A DNA stretch of 64,000 bases from the human T2T-CHM13v2.0 reference genome, Homo sapiens: assembly GCF_009914755.1 (NCBI RefSeq), contig NC_060943.1; one strand, given 5' to 3'. The notes under the pieces are model-generated. The model was not told the origin of the DNA and made no database searches. It was given only the letters and a program-made list of their open reading frames with translations. Below, one piece after another: positions 1 through 64,000 of this stretch. Numbering within the stretch: position 1 is the stretch's first letter; each line of letters starts with the position of its first letter. A program made the translations under genes and the position numbers.

Positions 1-155
1 CCCCTCCTTGGAAACCAAGTTACCAACGTTAAACCAATCCCCAAGCGCAACTCTGCCTCCCCCACACCCCACCCGCCGCGCCGCGCGGAGCCGTCCTCTA
101 GCCCAGCTCCTCGGCTCGCGCTCTCCTCGCCTCCTGTGCTTTCCCCGCCGCGGCG

Positions 156-6728
<6,573 letters not shown>

Positions 6729-6783
6729 GCCCGCTCCCCTCTCCCCGCGGGCCGGGGGACGCCCCCCAGACTCACACGGGGGC

Positions 6784-6830
6784 TTATTTATTGCTTTATT
6801 TATTTACTTATTCATTTATTTATGTATTCA
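6784..6830 (+). promoter_or_regulatory. AU-rich element (overlapping ATTTA/TTATTTAT) in ICAM5 3'UTR
   Basis: ttatttattgctttatttatttacttattcatttatttatgtattc in an otherwise GC-rich exon. Confidence 0.6.
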
Positions 6831-6869
6831 ACTCCAAGGGCGTCACCCCCATTTTCTACCCATCCCCTC

Positions 6870-6875
6870 AATAAA
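6870..6875 (+). terminator. ICAM5 polyadenylation signal AATAAA
   Basis: AATAAA about 140 nt after the stop, followed by T/GT-rich sequence (~6895-6915). Confidence 0.85.
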
Positions 6876-6986
6876 GTTTTTATAAAGGAACTCCCTGTCT
6901 CCGCTTCTGTTTCTGCAAGGTGGAACAAGCCCAGGGTTCCAGTCGTGACCTCCCGAGTTATTCATTCAAAAAGCGATTTTTGAGAG

Positions 6987-9660
<2,674 letters not shown>

Positions 9661-10500
9661 GGCTGTCTTTTCTCAGTGTGACCTAGAGCTCGTCCTCTCT
9701 CAGTGCCTGTTTTCTGCTCTCTTCACACCCTTGGGCAGGGGTGGGGGCCTCACTCCTTCCTCCTACTTATCTCTTCCACCCAGCACTGCCCTCTGATCCG
9801 GGTCACTCTTGGAGGTGGGGGCTAGGTGCTTCCCCCAGGCCTGGTTACCGGCAGAGCTGAGGCCGCCTTGCCAGGGTGGGTGGAGGCCCTCTCCGTTGTG
9901 CCCCTGCCCTGAGACTTCGGTGAGACCTTCCTGGGCAGGCACTGGCTGATGCTATGGGTGTCAGCCCTTAGCATGTCCTCCCTGTTAAAGGGGGCACCCC
10001 TGCCCCGCCCTCAATGCCTCCTTTGTCCTGTGTCCACCCACAGTGCTTCAGTTTACCCCCACCCTGCCTTTCCACTCAGCCCATCATGATTCAGAACAGA
10101 CACACACAGGGTATCCGCTGCAACCCCCACTACACGGCACCTTCCCCCCTCATCCCCAACAGCATAAGGCACAGCAGCTGGGCCTCCTCCCCACAGCCTC
10201 CTCCTCTGCCCCTCCTCCCTCAAAAGCAGGAACACGGAGCCCTAGAGAAGGAAGCCAGTCCCATGCAAACATGTAATGAGCAAAGATGAGACGGGGAAAT
10301 GGCACAAGAGGGCAGGCCAGTGCTCGGTGCTGGAGCCAGGGGCCAGGTATAACACCCAAAAAGGCACCAGCCAGGTGCAGTCCCTGCCACTAACAGCACC
10401 TCACCTTTTCTGCCTGTGCCCTCCCTACTTAATGATCTCTCTCCGCTCCTACTGACCTCAAGGTCTCTTTCAGAGCCTTCAGATGAGATATTTATTTTAG

Positions 10501-10879
10501 TAGGTTGGTGCAAAAGTAATTGCTGTTTTTGCCATTGAAAGTAATGGCAGGCAGGGCATGGTGGCTCACGCCTGTAATCCCAGCACTTTGGGAGGCCGAG
10601 GTGGGCAGATCACGAGGTCAGGAGTTCAAGACCAGCCTGGCTAACATGGTGAAACCCTGTCTCTACTAACAATACAAAAAAAATTAGCCGGACATGGTGG
10701 CACACCCCTGTAGTCTCAGCTACTTGGGAGGCTGAGGCAGGAGAACTGCTTGAACCCTGAAGCGGAGGCTGCAGTGAGCTGAAATCACGCCACTGCACTC
10801 CAGCCTGGGCCACAGAGTGAGACTGTCTCAGAGGAAAAAAAAAAAAAAAAAGTAATGGCAAAAACTGCAATTACTTTTT
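10501..10879. mobile_element. MADE1 (Hsmar1-derived MITE) interrupted by an Alu (10550-10850)
   Basis: taggttggtgcaaaagtaattgctgtttttgccattgaaagtaatggca [Alu] aaagtaatggcaaaaactgcaattactttt matches the palindromic MADE1 consensus; TSD aaagtaatggca on both sides of the Alu. Confidence 0.85.
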
Positions 10880-14672
<3,793 letters not shown>

Positions 14673-14933
14673 TGTGTGTGTCTTTCTGTATCTGTTGTGT
14701 GTGTCTGTGGGTAGTGGCTGTTTCCCTGCATGGGACATTGTGGTAAATGTGGCTAATTCCCTGTGTGGGGGCTGCTGCCTGTGGATAAGACTGTGTCTCT
14801 GTGCATGCGCACGTGTGTGCACGCCCCTCACAACCCCAACGAGAAAACACCTGTCCACCTTCCTGGGCTGGCACAGGGGCACAGGAGGCGGGATCCCAAA
14901 TCACAGGCTTTTTCTCTCGGCATATCTCTGTAC

Positions 14934-14939
14934 TTTATT
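14934..14939 (-). terminator. ZGLP1 polyadenylation signal (AATAAA on minus strand)
   Basis: tttatt about 265 nt downstream of the ZGLP1 stop. Confidence 0.8.
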
Positions 14940-15202
14940 GTCCCTGCTGTAACAATGCTCATCCTTCCTGAGAGCGTCTCCTGAGGGGGCCTCGGCCAAG
15001 GCTGACTGGAGAAGGGGCTGGTGACCCCTAGCAGGCTCTGCCACCTGAGGCCTGGGTCTTCCCCCGGGATCCTTGAATCTGGAGATGGCAGAGAGGAGGC
15101 AGGCCGGCTCTTTCCCCAATCCTCCTAGGAGAGCTGCTTCTGCCCATTCTCCCACTGGTGAAACGGAGGCAGAAGCAGCAGCTCAGCAGGGTGAAGCTGG
15201 GT

Positions 15203-18794
<3,592 letters not shown>

Positions 18795-19461
18795 TTCTAA
18801 CTCTGGGTGGAAGGTTTAAGAGTTGCAGTAATTGCAACTCACCTCGCCCACTGTGGGCCTCCCAGGCACGCCCAGCCCTCCACATCAATCAACCCCTTAC
18901 GGCACCCGTAGATCACCCAGGCAGGGACCGCCCTAGGTGACCGAGGCAGGATATCAAGCCTCTGGCTGCAGGATCGAGAAAAAGGTTACTTTTTTTCTTT
19001 GTGTTTCTTTTAGAGACCGAGCCTCACTCTGTACCCCCGCCTGGAGTGCAGGGGCGTGATCAGGACTCAGTGCAGCCTAGAACTCCTGGGCTCGACCGAT
19101 CCTTCCGCCTCAGCCTCCCGAGTAGCTGGGACTTACAGGCACGCGCCACCACGCCGCTGGCTTGCCATAATATGATTACGATTTTTATCATTTTCATTAT
19201 TATTGAGTTGCCCTCCATAACCCCTGGATGATCCCTGGGGAGTGCCTACATCAGCCCCAGAGACATGGAATTGCATGGCCTCTGATCCCTAGATGACCCC
19301 AAGTGTCTCTGGGCACCAGAACCTCTTTGTAAGTTTCAGTAACTATTATAAAATTGCCACTTCTCGATAACCCCAGCAAAGAGAGGTCATGACCCCTTGA
19401 TCACTGAGCCAGGTGGTGAAGTGCTAGCGGGGTCCGGGGAATGGGGTTTGGCCTTACGCAC

Positions 19462-19598
19462 CTCTCACTGATTCTGCAGCATCCTGGGGTCCTCGGCTTC
19501 TCCTGGGAGGGGGATCCTCCCAGCCGCTCCAGGTTCAGACAGGGCGGCGCCAGAAGCTTTGCTGGCATTGAGGAGTCCGGGATTGGCTCGGCCTCCAT
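19462..19598 (-). CDS. ZGLP1: Candidate alternative first coding exon of ZGLP1 (MEAEPIPDSSMPAKLLAPPCLN...), giving a 273 aa form
   Basis: ATG at 19598 in strong context (GCA ATG G); phase-2 donor AG|GTGCGT at 19461; matching phase-2 acceptor cttctccccag|G at 18663 inside the 271-aa form's first exon; GC-box-rich sequence upstream. Confidence 0.7.
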
Positions 19599-20057
19599 TG
19601 CGCCCCAGCCCAGCCCCCTCCCTAATTTCACCCGGCCCTGTCCCGCTGGGCCCACCCGATGAAACCCACCTGGGAGGGGCGGGACCTGTGTGGTGGGAGC
19701 GCTCTTGGTAGAGGATGCGATGAGCCCCAGCTGAGAGCGACCAGCCTCGGCGGCACCTTTCCTCTTTCTGGCTTTTTTCAGGTCATCCGCGCACCCCTGC
19801 GTGGCAAGGGCGGCCTGGACCCCACCAAATCCCTCCGCAGCTGCCGGGGCGGGGCCTTCCACGCTAGCCCTCCCCCTCGGAAATGGGGGCTCCCAGGCCT
19901 CTGCCTTGGATCCCCAGCGGCATCTTAGATCCCAGAGGGAAAAGAGAACCGGGGGCCCAGCACAGCAGATGCAGGTGTGGTTTGTTTTTGTTTTTGTTTT
20001 TTTTTTTTTTGAGACAGGGCCTCACTCTGTCACCCAGGCTGGAGTGGAATGGCCTGA

Positions 20058-20285
<228 letters not shown>

Positions 20286-20341
20286 TAGACCCCAGATCTG
20301 TCCCCCAAGGACACTCAACATGCTGGGGCCTGTGTTATCGA

Positions 20342-20347
20342 TTTATT
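20342..20347 (-). terminator. FDX2 polyadenylation signal (AATAAA on minus strand)
   Basis: tttatt about 250 nt after the FDX2 stop. Confidence 0.8.
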
Positions 20348-20598
20348 GCAGCTCCAATATGAGTCCACTCCTACTCAAACCCTGATTCTCAGGGGCCTGG
20401 GGAAGGCCACCCCACTAGGGGCCCTGTCCCCACCAGAGCCTGGACATGGGACTCTCTCCCAAGCAGGGGTGTTGTCCTTCACAGGGGCTTCCACGTCTCT
20501 CCCGGGCCTGTCCGCACTCTGGGCAGGGCTGGCACCTGGCTATTCCCTCAATCTGGGCCCTGGGGCCATGGCAATGTGGAATGGTCCAGGTGTTCATG

Positions 20599-26270
<5,672 letters not shown>

Positions 26271-26348
26271 CAGACCTCCCACTCAAGCCCACTGTTTGTC
26301 CCAAGAACCAGCCAACTCTGATTTCTTTAAAACCATTTACTTACAAAC

Positions 26349-26354
26349 TTTAAT
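26349..26354 (-). terminator. RAVER1 polyadenylation signal (ATTAAA on minus strand)
   Basis: tttaat at the end of a ~1.2 kb 3'UTR, immediately before the FDX2 promoter. Confidence 0.7.
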
Positions 26355-27563
26355 TCAGCAAAGGTCCGTGTGGGGAGACTGGGGTGGGGTCGGGGGAATA
26401 GTCCCCTTGGAGTGGATGTGGACCCCCAGAGTCAAGGGAGGGAAGCTGGTGGCCCAGTTGGCTGGGGGCAAGGCCCAGGGTCACCTCAGGTCGACAGGTC
26501 CTGCTGGTGGGCGGGCCCAGAGTTTATCTTCATGGAGTGCTGGTTTCTGGCACTGGGCTGGAAGGAGGCCAGCTCCAGGGATCTGGCCGGGGGTGGGCAG
26601 GCAGAATTCAAGAATTCATCTTCAACAAGCGAGTGACAGCAGAGGCTCCGGGAGATGGGCACAATGTCCGACTCCCACAGACAGACAGCAGGGGACTGGC
26701 AGAGAAAGCCCATCTCTGCACGGAGGCCCGGGTAGGAGGGGGTGGTGGGGCCGGTTCGCCAAGATGAAGGCTTTCCCCTTCTACTGTCCCCAGGGTGGAG
26801 ATCCTGGGTAGGGTGGCCCAATCCCTAGGCCAGAGCTGTTTGGTCCATAGTCAAGCTCCCAGAGCTTGGCATCTGTGGCTCTGGCCAGCAGGGCCTGGGG
26901 CCCAGCTTTTAAGGCATCAGAAGGGGAGGGGGCTGCGGCAGGGACCCCGGGCCCCACGGCTGGGGTATAGGCCAGATGGGCAGGCAGGGGCAGGAGACAG
27001 CCATGCCTGCAGCAAATGTGGGAAAAACAGCTGTTTCAAACCGCAAGGTGTGGAATGGTGGCCCGGACAGGCCGGGCCTTGAAGGAATCAGAGCTGGGGG
27101 CTGTCCGGGGTGGTTTGAAAAATAAAACTTAGAAAAGGAAACAGAAGTCAGTTGTCAAAGTTAAAAAAAAAGGAGACAGTCTCTGTATCTTCACGGGAGG
27201 TCAGGGAAACCTCCAAGGCACTCGAAAGGCCAAAATTACAGGAGCAATGAGGCAGGAGGGCTCCGGAGAGACGGGCACAGCGGAGGAGGAGATGGGGGGA
27301 GGGAGGGAGAGCAGGCCGGGGCCCCTCTCTCTTAAGGCTGCAGGGTTTCAGCGTGGGGAGCAAGCCAGAGACATAATGAGGCCTCCAGACTCCCCCACAC
27401 CCCTTGGGCTCCTGGGGCTCCGGCTGATTGGTCAGTAAAGTCTTTCAGAGATTTTTCTATTACCGAAAGAGAGAAAATGGTTTAAAAAAAACACAAAACA
27501 AAACATCAGAAAACCCAAAAGCGATTTGGTGCAGGCCCTTGAGTTATCTCTGGTGCCAGCCAC

Positions 27564-43619
<16,056 letters not shown>

Positions 43620-43904
43620 CTTGGGAAACCCGGCGCCTTCTGGGACCAGCGAGCCGGGGCGGAGCGGCATAGAGCGGCAACGAGGGCGCGCCCGTCGATT
43701 GGCTGGGAGAAACCCCACCTCCTTCCCGCCCCCCTTGCCCCGTTGGCTAAGCCCCAGCCCACCTCTCAAGAGTTCAAGCTGCGTCTGCGCGCCACAGGCC
43801 CCGCCCCCTTCCGTCGCAGCGACGCTACTCAGTGGATGTGCACCTGGGTGGGAGAGACTTGCAGCGCGGGTGGAATCAAACCACAGATTAGGGAGTTTGA
43901 AGGC

Positions 43905-43910
43905 TTTATT
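43905..43910 (-). terminator. ICAM3 polyadenylation signal (AATAAA on minus strand)
   Basis: tttatt about 60 nt after the ICAM3 stop. Confidence 0.85.
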
Positions 43911-43968
43911 GGTGCGGAATCTGAGGGCACAGCCAAGCCCCCGCCAACTTTGATCCCGGATCCCAGCG

Positions 43969-49741
<5,773 letters not shown>

Positions 49742-50360
49742 TCTGACAGAGGAAGGTGCCTTCCTGAGGTGCCCGAAGGGCAGGCAGGGGAAAAGGCGGG
49801 GCCTCCCACTGCGACGGAAGCACAGCGGTTAAGATTGCAGAAGTCTGGGGACTGCACCTTGCCCAGGCCTGTGGGTGGAAGGGGATGCTGTGGCCCTTGG
49901 GGGCCAGGGTGGGGGACCCAGACGGGGCTCTGCAAAGTGGCCAGCACTGCTGAGTCTCCCCCAGGGAATGGGCTGGTCCCAGTTGCACTGCTGGCCCCCA
50001 TTTGAATTCACAGGAAATGCTAACTAAACTGGTTTCTTTTGTTCTCAGCACTGGGAAGCCTGGGTGGGGGGGATGAGGCATCTCCTTCTGGCTGAACTTA
50101 GGTGGGTAGGGGAATATTCTGTCCCCAGAGAGGAAGTTAATGGGGAAAACTGTAGGCACCATTGTGTAGATGTTAAGGTGGGATTTCGAGGAAACATTAA
50201 AAAACAAAAACAAAAACAGAAACAGAAGCAGAGTCTTGCTATGTTGCCCCGACTGGTCTTGAACTCCTGGCCTTAAGATGGCCTCCTCTCATCTTGACCT
50301 CCCAAAGTGTTGCGATTACAGGCGTGAGCCACCACGCCTGGCCACCTTTGAAGATCTTGA

Positions 50361-50717
<357 letters not shown>

Positions 50718-50904
50718 TGAGCTGCCCGCCTTGGCCTCCCAAAGTGTTGGGATTACAGGCGTGAGCCACTGCGCCCGGCCTTCCAGGATTCTACTTGTAA
50801 CTGGCCTTTACCCCATCCTGTTGTCCCCTTGCCCACCCTTCCAGGCAGCTGGTCACTGCATTCCAAGGGAAGGCGCCAAGGGGACCAGGTGGGACCCCCA
50901 CCTT

Positions 50905-50935
50905 TGACCTGCCTCTGACCTCAGGCCTCTGACCT
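50905..50935 (-). promoter_or_regulatory. Nuclear receptor direct-repeat element (AGGTCA DR5 + DR8) upstream of ICAM3
   Basis: TGACCT at 50905-50910, 50916-50921, 50930-50935 in non-Alu sequence; function untested. Confidence 0.45.
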
Positions 50936-51143
50936 GCCTTCTGGGCTTCACATCTGAGCTCCAGAGAGAGAGGCCTTGTTGAGAGCCTTGATGGGGCCCT
51001 GCACTCACCCACTTTCCCCAGACCTTGAGGTCACAGCACCTCCTCTCTCATCTAGAGCACCCCCACCTTCCTAAGCAGGTCCCTCCTCTATTCCTCTACC
51101 TTCCGAACAATCCATTTCCCACCTGGTGTTGAGAGAGCAGCTA

Positions 51144-60540
<9,397 letters not shown>

Positions 60541-60671
60541 AAACAGTTGAATCCAGCCACCTCTGCGCTGTCTCATGCTAGCTGCTGTCCACAGGAGACC
60601 AGACTCCCAGCTAACCCAGCTTTCTTGAAGAGGGCTCCAAAAATCACAGGCTCCAGCAGAGAAAACATGAG

Positions 60672-60677
60672 TTTATT
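60672..60677 (-). terminator. TYK2 polyadenylation signal (AATAAA on minus strand)
   Basis: tttatt about 280 nt after the TYK2 stop. Confidence 0.85.
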
Positions 60678-60957
60678 ACCAGATGGTGGAGATGGTGGGC
60701 CTCAAGTTTGGAAGCTGGGGGATTTAAGGGCTGGATTAGTGCCCCTACAAATGTTGGGTCCCTCAAGATCATGGTTAGGCTCACGGCCAAGAAAGAAAAA
60801 TAAGTTCACAGAGGTGGGGTCTCTAGACAGGAGTAAGGCACACGGTGTGGGTGAGGCTGACATCCCCCTCTTGGTTTCATCCTGGAGCAGGGAGCAGGAG
60901 GCTCCCTCTGCAGCCACTGCCTGGTCCAGTCCTCCCAGGCAGGGCTGCCATTGTGCC

Positions 60958-63770
<2,813 letters not shown>

Positions 63771-64000
63771 CTGCCGCGGAGAGGGGCGGCCCCGGTGGGG
63801 GACGATAGAGGGCGGGCCGGGGACCGCCTACCTTGAGCCCAGCAGAGCCCCTCCAAGGTCGGGAGGGAAGGCCAAGACCCGCGCACACTAGACCCAGTTC
63901 TCAGGTGGGATGGACCCATCCAGAACCCCATTCTCACTTGAGGGAGCTGCTGGTGGCTCCCGTCCATCCTGGCCCCAGCAGGTAGCACCCCCCAGATGGG

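Overview
GC-rich, very Alu-dense human genomic DNA, recognisable from its proteins as the chromosome 19p13.2 ICAM cluster. It holds six spliced protein-coding genes, reconstructed exon by exon from GT/AG sites and reading phase. These are ICAM5 (+, 11 exons, 924 aa), then a tight head-to-tail minus-strand run of ZGLP1 (271 aa, or 273 aa from an upstream first exon), FDX2 (183/186 aa), RAVER1 (739 aa) and ICAM3 (547 aa), plus the last five coding exons of TYK2 (kinase domain). Most other ORFs in the track are Alu-derived or GC-rich noise. I found no evidence of a new gene system. The best leads are cis-regulatory and splicing signals: a perfect BMP/SMAD composite element (GGCGCC-N5-GTCTG) inside a candidate upstream ZGLP1 coding exon, a perfect DR5(+DR8) retinoic-acid-type element upstream of ICAM3, a four-half-site DR1 array in ZGLP1, an alternative ICAM3 donor that would remove the transmembrane domain, frame-preserving introns flanking a RAVER1 PTB-binding motif, and a CCAAT duplication in a TYK2 intragenic CpG island. 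A young AluYb insertion and an Alu-split MADE1 element are also present.
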